From positions 12,797 through 62,312 of the forward strand of contig JAEMRK010000004.1 of the NCBI GenBank assembly GCA_016463375.1: DNA of 49,516 nucleotides, given 5' to 3'. The stretch comes from Parachlamydiales bacterium (GTDB lineage Bacteria > Chlamydiota > Chlamydiia > Chlamydiales > JAEMRK01). Under the pieces are notes generated by a model that did no database searches, was not told where the DNA came from, and worked only from the letters and a program-made list of their open reading frames with translations. This document shows positions 27,883-37,900 of this stretch, in pieces; position 1 is the first letter of the stretch; each line of letters begins with the position of its first letter. The position numbers and the translations under genes are program-made.

Positions 27883-30800
27883 TTAGCCAGCCGTATCGAA
27901 TAAATCGCTCTTTTGTTTTTGCCCTAAATAAGGAAAGTTTGAACCAAAAGGTAGAGATGCCTCAAGCTTAGGAGTTGTATCCATTACTAGTTCTTCTTGA
28001 CTATGAGCCATTACAGGTTGAGGTACAGAAGCTACTAATGATTCGGGTAGGCTTTTAGGCGATAACTGCTGTGACATCAAAGGAGCATTTGATTGAATTG
28101 GGGCTGGTTCTGGCATTGTTTTATTAACAAAACTTTTAAAGTTATTCATGAATGCTTCGTATTCTGTTTTAGCACGCTCAAGTGTCACCATTTGAGCCTG
28201 ACTTTCTTGTAATTGAGTTTGCAAAGCCAAGTAACGCTCTTGCGATTGTTTCATTTGATCTTCGTACCAATGAAGTTTTTCATTAGCTAAATGTTGCAAT
28301 TTTTGTGATTGCTCTTTTTCTTGATCAATTAAATCTTGTAATGACTTTGTTTTGGAACGATGCTCACTAAGTTCTTCTTTAAAAGATGCTAAAGCCATAT
28401 TTTGTTCTTCGATGATGGCTTTAGAGTTCAAATTCTCTTGAATTCTCTCTGAAATTTCAACGTCTTTATCAGCGGTAGCCCGATTTTTTTCTTCCACTTC
28501 TTCTTGAAGTTCTTGTACTTGAAGCCAGCCTGTGCGCACTTCATCTTGTAATTTTGCAATGAGACCACTTTGTTTTTCTTCGATCTGCATACTTTTTTGT
28601 AAAATGTCTTTAAGCTTGGCAGACTCTGCGAGAAATTCTTTTTCTTGAAGAGCTATGGCTTGAGCTGCTCGTTGCTGAGATTGATCAAGAGCTGTTTTAA
28701 ACGTTTGTTTTAGATGAACGATTTCACGATCCTTAACTTCAAGATTTTGACGAGTTTTATCTTGATGCTGTTTCCAAAGGACTTCAAAATTTTTACTGTT
28801 TTCTTGCCATTCTTTTTCTTTAATCGAAAAAGCAACTTTTTCATCTTCTAATTGTGCGATTTGTTGTTGGGCTAGAAAAACCTCTTCGTCTAACAGGGTA
28901 CGCTCTTCTCTTGCTTTTGATAATTCACATTTAGCTTTTTCCCAAGCTTCTTGCCATTTATCTTTATCGCGTGATTCTGACGCCATTAACTGAGAGTAAA
29001 GAGCAGCATCTTCTGCCTTTTCGGCAATCTTATATTGCAGCTCTTCTAAAAGCACTGCATTAACATCTGAAATTTCTTCAATCTGGTATTTTAAAAAATC
29101 AATTTCAGATTTGTAGATAATTTGCTTTTCTTCAAATTCTCGATTCAATTCTTCTTTAAATGCATGAGCTTCTTTTAATCGCTCAGATAAAGAAAATATT
29201 TCACTTCTTGTTTCTAGTCGTAAAACTTCTAGCTGATGCAATGCAGAATTTTTTTCGTCTTCTAGCTCGATAACGCCATGATTAAGAGCTGCAATTTCTT
29301 GTCCTTTTTCTTCCAATTGCTGTTTTAGATCATTTTGAACTGTGACAAGTTGTTGTTCGGAATATTCAAATTTCTCTTGCCACTCTAAAAGTTGAGCATG
29401 TAATTCATGGTGCTCACTCTTTAATCTTGCATCCAGTGAAGAAATTGTACGATCTGCATCTTGAACTTTTTGTTGAAGCGCGGACAATAAAGCATCTTTG
29501 TCGCTCATTTGACGCTCTGTCTCATACGACAATGTTAAATGCTCTCTTTGAGTAGCTGCAAGCTTCTCGTACAAAGAACTTGTTTCTCTTTCTTTATCTA
29601 GACGGAATTGCTCCCAATCTTGACGCATTGTCTCTTTAATTTTTTCAGCATCTATTAATTTCTTTTTGATTGCGATGACTTCATTTTCAAGTGCAATGCG
29701 ACGATTATGCATTTCTTGTTCATGAGCGATCTCAGTCTTTTTTGCATCTTCATAAGCTGCTTGCAATACAAGAAGCTGTTTGTCTTTTTCATTAACCGTT
29801 TCTTGCAAGCGCTGACGCTCTAACAAAGAGGCCTTATAGGCTTCTTGATGTTTGGAAAGTAAATCTTCTTTAGCACAACATTCTGCAAAGGTTTCTTGTC
29901 TGGCCAGATCGAGATCTTGTAATGTTTTTTGCAATTGGTCGATGAGATTTTCTTTAGATTTTAAAGTTTGCTCTATTTCAATAGACACATGCTTTTCTTG
30001 CATAAGACGCTCATGCCAAAGAACGAGTTCATTTTCCGCATCAAGCTTTTGCTGTTGAAGCATTTGACAAGCACTATCTTTAAGCTGCTTTTCTTCTTGA
30101 AGAGTGCGCTGTAAATCAACGACCATCTTTTCTTTAGATTTAAGCTCTTCAGCCTGCTCTCTTAGAAGATATAAACCATGTTCTTTTTCATGGCGTAAAA
30201 TTTCATTATGATGTTGAGCTTGATTTAGCTTCTCAACAAATTCATTTTTAGAGGCATTAGAATGAGTTTGCTGTATTTCTTTTTCGAAGGCTTCTAAACT
30301 TTGTTTACTATGGCGATATTCAATTTCTAAAGAAGAGTATTCTTTTTGAAGGTCTTCAAGTTGAGCTTGTTTTTCTAAAAAATGTGATTGAGTTTGTTCA
30401 ATGAGTTCTTTAAGTGTCGTTACTTCCTTAACAAGCTCGTTATTTTTGATTTCATAAGAAGCTATATCAGTTTTTGCAACATTTTCTTGTAACCTTAAAT
30501 TTTGCAAAGTGTGTTTGGTTTCTTCAACCAACATTTTTAAATGGACATTGTCTTCTGCTAGATCTGCTTCATGCCTTTTGGCCTGTTGCAATTGATAATC
30601 TAAATTTTCACAAAGAATAGTTTGCTCTTTGACTTGGTCTAAAGCCTTCTTTAAAGACTCTGCCATTTGAGTTTGTCGCAGTCGCATTGTTTCAAGATCT
30701 TCTTGCGATCTCTTTAAAAGACGCTTTTCTGCCTCAAGATGAGCAATTTTCTGGTGCTGTAAATCTGTTTTACTTTTAGTTTGTTCGTAAATCAGTTCAA

Positions 30801-31293
30801 GCTCTTTAACACGTGCTAAAGCATTATCTTTAGCTTTTGTGAGATCTTGTTGGTCTCTTCTAGCGTCACTAATTTCTTTATTTAAATTTTGAAGTTTTTG
30901 CCTTGCTGTTTTTAAATCAATTAGAGCTTTCTTTAAAGCTTCTTGAGGAACAGATCCTTGATCTTTGGAATAATAAGTGACATTTTCATTGAGGATGCGA
31001 TCTGTATTTTTTAATCTTTGAATTTCATTTTGGGCCAATTGTAGCTGAGAATCTAATGAAGAGTGTTGTTCTTTTTTTGCATGAATTTCGCTTTGCAGTT
31101 CATTTACATGACATTTAGCTTTTTTAAGCTCTATAACGGTGCGTTTTAAAATTGATGCCATTTGCATCTGTTCTTTTTTATGACGCAGACGCTGTTTTTC
31201 TTGTTGTGAGGCTCCATCTTCAACTACAGATTGGTCTTGGTTCGATAGATTGTTGATGAGATGATTAAATTCTTCATCGGTGTAGATATTCAA
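27883..31293 (-). CDS. 1136-aa long coiled-coil protein
   Basis: E/Q/K/L heptads and nearly Pro-free over ~1050 aa; Pro-rich tail; GAGGT RBS before TTG; stop abuts the ruvC start; no Walker A. Confidence 0.88.
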   Translation of the reverse strand: MNIYTDEEFNHLINNLSNQDQSVVEDGASQQEKQRLRHKKEQMQMASILKRTVIELKKAKCHVNELQSEIHAKKEQHSSLDSQLQLAQNEIQRLKNTDRILNENVTYYSKDQGSVPQEALKKALIDLKTARQKLQNLNKEISDARRDQQDLTKAKDNALARVKELELIYEQTKSKTDLQHQKIAHLEAEKRLLKRSQEDLETMRLRQTQMAESLKKALDQVKEQTILCENLDYQLQQAKRHEADLAEDNVHLKMLVEETKHTLQNLRLQENVAKTDIASYEIKNNELVKEVTTLKELIEQTQSHFLEKQAQLEDLQKEYSSLEIEYRHSKQSLEAFEKEIQQTHSNASKNEFVEKLNQAQHHNEILRHEKEHGLYLLREQAEELKSKEKMVVDLQRTLQEEKQLKDSACQMLQQQKLDAENELVLWHERLMQEKHVSIEIEQTLKSKENLIDQLQKTLQDLDLARQETFAECCAKEDLLSKHQEAYKASLLERQRLQETVNEKDKQLLVLQAAYEDAKKTEIAHEQEMHNRRIALENEVIAIKKKLIDAEKIKETMRQDWEQFRLDKERETSSLYEKLAATQREHLTLSYETERQMSDKDALLSALQQKVQDADRTISSLDARLKSEHHELHAQLLEWQEKFEYSEQQLVTVQNDLKQQLEEKGQEIAALNHGVIELEDEKNSALHQLEVLRLETRSEIFSLSERLKEAHAFKEELNREFEEKQIIYKSEIDFLKYQIEEISDVNAVLLEELQYKIAEKAEDAALYSQLMASESRDKDKWQEAWEKAKCELSKAREERTLLDEEVFLAQQQIAQLEDEKVAFSIKEKEWQENSKNFEVLWKQHQDKTRQNLEVKDREIVHLKQTFKTALDQSQQRAAQAIALQEKEFLAESAKLKDILQKSMQIEEKQSGLIAKLQDEVRTGWLQVQELQEEVEEKNRATADKDVEISERIQENLNSKAIIEEQNMALASFKEELSEHRSKTKSLQDLIDQEKEQSQKLQHLANEKLHWYEDQMKQSQERYLALQTQLQESQAQMVTLERAKTEYEAFMNNFKSFVNKTMPEPAPIQSNAPLMSQQLSPKSLPESLVASVPQPVMAHSQEELVMDTTPKLEASLPFGSNFPYLGQKQKSDLFDTAG

Positions 31294-31517
31294 GCGGGTA
31301 CCTCGATTGCGTCAAAATTCAAATCTCTGATTGCATGTCAGCAAAATGTCAAAAACCATTGAGACTGATCAACTCCCTCAACAAGAGTATTTTGCTACAA
31401 CACACTAGAAAAGAAATTATAAAAGACACAGAAATTCGGGGCTACTCAAATCTATCTAGCAATTCAAATCAAAAAAAAGTAACATAGCGCGCACGCAAAT
31501 TTTAACCCTGATTTATT

Positions 31518-31976
31518 ATGCAATTGACATCGCCAGCTTTCAAACATTCATCATCTATTCCAGCTCTTTTCACCTGTGATGGAGAGAATATTAATCCTCC
31601 ATTAAATATTAAAGATGTGCCAAGTCAGGCAAAATCTCTAGTCCTAATTTTCGAAGATCCAGACGTGCCTTCATATGTAAGAAAAGATGGTCTCTACATT
31701 CATTGGGTTGTCTTTAACATGGATGTTATGACAAAAACAATTGAAGAAGGTATTCCACCCAAAGCACTTTTTGGCATTAATACAAGTGAAAAAACAAGTT
31801 ATGTTGGCCCATGTCCTCCAGATAAAGAACATCGATATTTTTTTAAATTGTATGCTCTCAAAGAATCACTTTCATTAAAAACAGGGGCAACAAAAGATGA
31901 GGTCATGGAGGCAATGTCTGATTTGGTGATTGAAGAAACTGAATTGATGGGTCTTTATGACAGAGCAAGGAGTTAG
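31518..31976 (+). CDS. YbhB/YbcL (PEBP/RKIP-like) protein
   Basis: LTSPAF, TCDGENINPPL, EDPD.P, HWVVFN, GPCPPD..HRYFF.LYAL. Confidence 0.93.
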   Translation: MQLTSPAFKHSSSIPALFTCDGENINPPLNIKDVPSQAKSLVLIFEDPDVPSYVRKDGLYIHWVVFNMDVMTKTIEEGIPPKALFGINTSEKTSYVGPCPPDKEHRYFFKLYALKESLSLKTGATKDEVMEAMSDLVIEETELMGLYDRARS

Positions 31977-32000
31977 GGCTTTTTTTCAAAAGCCCTAACT
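31971..32000. terminator. Hairpin between convergent genes, probable bidirectional terminator
   Basis: Perfect 13-bp stem AGTTAGGGCTTTT (31971-83) / AAAAGCCCTAACT (31988-32000), 4-nt loop. Confidence 0.8.
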
Positions 32001-32004
32001 ATTG

Positions 32005-34911
32005 TTAATAACTCGCTGTAACTGAGAAATTAAACATACCAAAAGAATCATCATAAGAATTGAGCTTATGTAATTTAATTCCATAGTCGCAGCGTGCTGT
32101 AATATATGGGTTTAAATTAAATCTTAATCCGGGACCGACACTCCATACATAATCATTAGCTTTAATGCCGTTAGCTGCATTGTAATTATGTCCAAAGCCA
32201 AAATCAGTGAAGAACAAATAAGATAATTTAGGAGATAGTTCTCTACATTTCATTTGTAGCGGTGGTGCATACCATTCTACATTAATACATAGTGCATTAT
32301 CTGCATTAAATTCTCTTTCTTCGTATCCTCTAACTGTATACATACCGCCCAGACCAAACTGCTCACTTGGTAACAAGCTACCAGTTGCAACTTGACCTCT
32401 TAATTGACTACGTATTGAACTTTCATTATACCAAGTGTATTTATGAGAAAAATTTACCCGAGCATAATCAAAATCTGGTTCTGCACCATTGCGTAAAGCT
32501 TGGTAATCAGATCTTGATTGATCAGGGAATATCTGTCCTGGTGAGAATATGTTTTCCACCAATAATGAAAACTCGTGATCGTAGTAGATAAAATTTGTTT
32601 TATAAGAAAAGTATAATTCAAAAATATTAACTGTATTTGCAATAACTGGCACAACACTTTGATTTGCTATAAATAGCAAGTTACTGTTGATGTTCTTGTA
32701 ATCAACACCAAATGCTATCTCACTGTTGTCTAATGTATAGAGTGGCAAAAATGGCATTGTATAGTGAGCACTTCCATATGCACTTCTACCCTCGTTCGAA
32801 AAGTCAGTAATATCTGCATGAACCTCTGCAAAACCACCAGCTAATGTCAATATATTCTTGTTTGGTAAGAATACCATGTAATTAGCATAATGGGCACTAA
32901 AGGCATGTAAGCTTTCACCAAATGTATATTGGTAGGTAAACAAGTCATTGACTCCATAAGGCGAGCTCCAATTAAAACCTACATAGAACCGTGTTTTACC
33001 AGTAACTTCTGTTCCAGTATTATCCACACCAATATATGGACGCAGTGGGAAACGATCTCTTGTAACAATTTGTAAATTAGTTGAACTGCCATCATCGCTA
33101 GGAGATAAAACAATTTCACTTTGATGAAATGGATTACGGTTGAACCAAGCTAAGCTATTTAAAACATCCTCTTGATCAAATTCGCATTCGCCCTGAACGT
33201 TTATAGTATCGATAATCAAATCATCCGAAAACCATTCATTGCCACATGTTGAAACACATCCAACATATCCTTCAAAAATATGGAAAACAATAATTCCACA
33301 AATCACTTCTTGTGCTGGAATATTAACTACGACCAATGGTCTTTTTTGCGTTTGATAGTGTTTGATAATGTCTTGCTTAATAGCGCTAAGATTCTCAACA
33401 GAAATTTCTTTCCCCACATATGGAGTCAAAATGTTTTTTAAGTTTGATTGATTAGGTATTTTCATTTCCCAAACAGTAAATTCACCAACAGTACTATCGG
33501 GTACGTACTCAATCGACGATGTCAGAACAATTCCCCTAATTATCTCTTGGCAACATGGAGTCTCTGGGCAACATTCTTTAGACAAATCTTGAGCCTGTTG
33601 ATTCATACCATCTTGGTACATATCAATTGGTTGATTTATACATTGATCTTGAGAAGGAATTTGCGACTGATTAGGCAACATTTGATTTTGAGACAAATCA
33701 ATTGGCATAGTGTCATTATTTACAGGTACATTCGGTATTGCATTATTGGATGGGCTGCTTGGCATTTGTCCTTCAGGCAGTCCATAATTTTGCATTGGAT
33801 CAGAACCAATAGGAATATCTACTGCATTAGAATTATTTTGCATAGCAGGTGGAGATACTATCTTTGGCTGATCCGAATTTGGTATATCAGGATTTTGTGG
33901 TGCAGGTATAGGTAAATTATTACCATTTTGCACAGGTGTTGGATATGTAGAAATACCAGGTGAGCCAGGCATATTTAGTGAGTTAGGCACATTGTTGTTA
34001 GGTGTTGTGTAGTTTGTACCGTTGTAGCCATTGAATGTTTCATAGCCACTTGGAGTTTGTGTATTTACATCATTTTGAGATGATGTTTTTGGAATCGTAC
34101 TTTGTGGCTGACTCACATTTGGTTGATTGGGCTGAGTAGGCCCATAACTTCCCTCTTGCATCTGCGTTGGGTAAGTCGTATTCGGTGTATTGGGTAAGTT
34201 ATTTTGGCCAGGTAGATTTGTTTGGCCCGGTAAGTTTGACGAATTAGGACTGTTTGGTTGCGATGGTGGATTAGACAAACCTGGCAAATTTATATTGTTC
34301 GGATTGTTATCATTAATTCCACTATTATAGCTACTTGGATATTGAGGATTCGAACCATCTGGCAATCTAGTGGTTGGCGCAGTATTAGTAGTGCCAGGTT
34401 GCGATGGCGCTGGAGTTTGAGACGTTGGATTTAATGGTGTAACCCCACTTTGGATAGGCGTTGGACTAGTTACAGAGGTGTCTGTTGAAGTCGACATAGT
34501 CGCAGCTTTAATACTATTATCATCTACTTTGATGATAATAGTGCCTTGATAAAGGTCCTGCGATGAAACACTAACGTCTACATAAAAACCTGTTTCTTGA
34601 TGATAATGCTGTATTATAGCAGCCTTAATCAAAGAGTTCTGCATTTCAGTCATATCTTTACCAAGATATGACTCTAATTTTTTATTTAATGCAGATTCAT
34701 TTGGTATATTCAAACCAGATGTCGAAACCATTCCACTTGAAATAATTTTAGCGCGGTCGGGAGCAGATGTTAAAAGAATTGCTTTTAACGGTCTGTTACT
34801 CACACTGGTCTTCACAGACTGCCCAGAATTTGTAGTTTCAGGACTTAATACATTTAAGTTAGCCCAGCCAGTGGAGAAAAATAGAAACAAAAATATGTAT
34901 GATCTTTTCAT
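32005..34911 (-). CDS. TpsB (ShlB/FhaC/HecB) Omp85-family transporter with an extra POTRA and a long low-complexity linker
   Basis: Signal peptide from ATG 34911 (MKRSYIFLFL), POTRA segments, DNTG...TG..R, QFGLGG..TVRGY, terminal aromatic residue. Confidence 0.88.
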   Translation of the reverse strand: MKRSYIFLFLFFSTGWANLNVLSPETTNSGQSVKTSVSNRPLKAILLTSAPDRAKIISSGMVSTSGLNIPNESALNKKLESYLGKDMTEMQNSLIKAAIIQHYHQETGFYVDVSVSSQDLYQGTIIIKVDDNSIKAATMSTSTDTSVTSPTPIQSGVTPLNPTSQTPAPSQPGTTNTAPTTRLPDGSNPQYPSSYNSGINDNNPNNINLPGLSNPPSQPNSPNSSNLPGQTNLPGQNNLPNTPNTTYPTQMQEGSYGPTQPNQPNVSQPQSTIPKTSSQNDVNTQTPSGYETFNGYNGTNYTTPNNNVPNSLNMPGSPGISTYPTPVQNGNNLPIPAPQNPDIPNSDQPKIVSPPAMQNNSNAVDIPIGSDPMQNYGLPEGQMPSSPSNNAIPNVPVNNDTMPIDLSQNQMLPNQSQIPSQDQCINQPIDMYQDGMNQQAQDLSKECCPETPCCQEIIRGIVLTSSIEYVPDSTVGEFTVWEMKIPNQSNLKNILTPYVGKEISVENLSAIKQDIIKHYQTQKRPLVVVNIPAQEVICGIIVFHIFEGYVGCVSTCGNEWFSDDLIIDTINVQGECEFDQEDVLNSLAWFNRNPFHQSEIVLSPSDDGSSTNLQIVTRDRFPLRPYIGVDNTGTEVTGKTRFYVGFNWSSPYGVNDLFTYQYTFGESLHAFSAHYANYMVFLPNKNILTLAGGFAEVHADITDFSNEGRSAYGSAHYTMPFLPLYTLDNSEIAFGVDYKNINSNLLFIANQSVVPVIANTVNIFELYFSYKTNFIYYDHEFSLLVENIFSPGQIFPDQSRSDYQALRNGAEPDFDYARVNFSHKYTWYNESSIRSQLRGQVATGSLLPSEQFGLGGMYTVRGYEEREFNADNALCINVEWYAPPLQMKCRELSPKLSYLFFTDFGFGHNYNAANGIKANDYVWSVGPGLRFNLNPYITARCDYGIKLHKLNSYDDSFGMFNFSVTASY

Positions 34912-34930
34912 CGATGTCTCAAATATTGCG

Positions 34931-37900
34931 TTAATAGATGACTGTCTGGTCGCCAATGGCTCTTAAAATGACTGCCTTTTTAATACTAGATCCTGTGCAA
35001 TCCACCGGAATGGTTGCATTGTTACAATCGCTGTAGCCCCACCAATAAATTGGAAATTGCCACTTGTATAGTGCTTCACTGATAGCTGTTAAAAAATCTA
35101 AATAAGTCTGACTTGACACTGAAGAGAGTGCTGTACCACCATTTTTGTAATAAATTGTAAATGGTGTTCCGCCACTACCTCCAGGATAATAAACTCCCCA
35201 CTGCTCTTGGGATGAATTAGCAAATTCTTCACCTGGAACATAAGCTGTTCCATTGATAGTTGAGGGTACAGTGTTTAAATCTCTTAATGCTGAATAGAGT
35301 TTAACTGTTGTACCAGCAGTTAAAGTAACAGCATTAGCCAAGTTAAAAAACCCAGTTCCAATCGTTGGTGCTGTAGGAGATAAATTATCTACTACAAGTG
35401 TTAAGCTACCGTTAGTACTATGAATATCTGCATTGGTAGTCGCTACAATATCTTCACCTGCAATCAACAATACATTACCACTAGTGCTTGCATAAACTGC
35501 AGCACCGCTATTCAATACGATATTATGGTCATAAGCTTGAACTGTGATATTACCAGTTGTTGAAGTAAGTGTAGAGTTTGTACCAAGAGTTATGTCACTA
35601 CTTGTAGTTTGGGTATTACCTGCACCATTATTAAGAGTTAAAGTTAACGACCCGGTACCCGATGTAATAATTACACCATTTGCAACAGTAAAACTAGCTG
35701 TTCCAGTTAGTCTGTCATTGTTGCTAACACCACTTGCAGCTGTATCATTTGCAGTAATTATCAAATTACCATTATCCGTTGTGATATTTTGATTTATTGT
35801 GACACTGCGACCAGCTGATAAAGTTAAATTACCACCATTTCCACTTGGATTATTAGCAACAATTGGAGAATTAATGGTAATGTCGTTATTAGCCTGCATA
35901 ATGACAGGTGTTCCAACATTAAGAAGATTTTTTATTGCTAAAGATGAAACTGTTAAGTCCTGGCTTGGAAATTGTCCATAATCAACATTAGCTGGATCAT
36001 TTAAACCTGCGTTAACTGTACCATTTCCGGAAGTGAAAACGGCATAAGTGATACCATTAACAGTATCTTCAACAAAATTCGTCGCTTTGTTTTGACTTAA
36101 TCCAGAAGACGCGTTAGGACCAAAATAACTATTTCCAATGTCTGGAACTGATCCTGTAAGTGTATTTAAGCCATCATTGTAAACAACAGCTCCAATGTTT
36201 GTTCCAGCGCTAGTATCAAAATTGGGGAAATGGGCAACAAATTTACCTCCAGAAATTGCTAAAGCATCCAGACCTACACCATCATTTGCAGTAACTCCAT
36301 GTAAACTATTTGAACCAGTAACTGTCGCATTAGAAAAAGCTGCTTGAGGACATAAAGTGATTGCACCAACGTCTGCTGTCGTATTATTCCACAAGGGAGA
36401 ACAAACTAAAAAATTGCCATTGGTTAAAGCAACAACACTAGTTCCAACCTGGTCACCTACTGTAGTGCCATGCAGTGATTTAGAATCGTCCACAATACCA
36501 GTAACAACATCTTGAGGTGTTCCCCTAGAATATACTACAGCGCCTGCAGTGGCAGTAGGAGTTCCAGTTGTTGTCGCTGAAGGAAAGGCAGCTACAAAGC
36601 TTCCAAAGTTTTGGGTTATGTTCGGTAAAGCTGTTACATTTAAGCCGGTGCCATTATTTGCTGCTGGTCCATAAAGACTATTAGTTGTTGTGATAGCAGC
36701 ACCTGGCGATCCGTTTCCATTGCGTAAAGTTACTGCACCCACATTAGCTGTTGCCCCATTGTCCCACAAAGGCGAAACAAGGACATAGTTATTGTTAACT
36801 AAAGGAACTATTATTCTTCCTACATCATCTAAGTTGGTACTTCCATATGTAGAATTAGTTGTGCTAACAAGACCAACTGCTCCCGTCGATGCACACCAAG
36901 TGGCAGCTCCTACTTGAGCACCACCATTTGTCCAAGTTGGTGATCCGACAACATAATTATCATTTGTTAATGCTACAATTACAGTACCCACAGCATCATT
37001 TGCTGTTGAACCATACAAGCTATTAGTTGTTGCAACAGCACCAACATATGTTGGACCTGACAATGGCATACGAGTTGCCGCGCCAACAGCTGTTGCACCA
37101 TTGTGCCATGTGGGTGAACCTACAACAAATGCATTTCCATCAAGTGCAGTAATCACAGCACCGACGCCATCATTGGCAGTTGTTCCGTACAAACAATTAG
37201 CAGTTGACGGAGAGCCACCACTAGGGGTAATTGTACCATTATTAGTACTACAAAAAGCGATTCCTGATTGTGCAATTCCGTTTATTGTGTAATTAGGAGC
37301 TCCAATAACATAGTCTCCATTTTCTAAAGGTACAATCAATTGACCTAAACGATCGCCCGGCGAACCTCCTGTAACACCAATTAAACTATTTGTTGAATTC
37401 ATAGTCCCCGAATTACCATTGACTCCACCACGAGTTCCCACAATACCTTTATTATTGTCCCAAGTTGGTGAAGCGACAACGTAATTACCGTTTGTTAATG
37501 CATAAACATTCCCAATTAGATCGCCATTTAAACTGCCTGTGATACAAATATTTGGCGCAAGTGTTACGTTGGTTGTACTTGTAGCCGATCCCCTATAAAC
37601 AGCCCCAGCATTTGGAACGCCAGTTACTGTAAAGTTAGGTGAGGAAATAACAAAATCACCACCAGTAAGCTGAATGACACCACCTGAGCTGACGTTATCT
37701 GTTGAAACAGCACCAGAAATCGTAGAATTAAGAGCACCAGTCATCCCATTATAGAGATAAACAACACCAGCGTTAGCAGGTTTTGTTACCACGACATTCC
37801 CAGAAATTAGAGGAAGTACAATAGTTCCAAATCCAGGACTTGGATTGGGATCAACAAGTGTGAAATGAGGAAATGTTCCCGTTGTGTCATCAATAATAAT

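Noticed and set aside
27883-31293. SMC/SbcC or phage tape-measure call for the coiled-coil protein
   Set aside because: No Walker A/B, signature or hinge motifs, and no phage genes nearby.
31294-31517. Possible small ORF or ncRNA in the 224-bp divergent intergenic region
   Set aside because: The minus-strand frames I read close quickly and no convincing stem or known RNA motif was seen; probably promoters.
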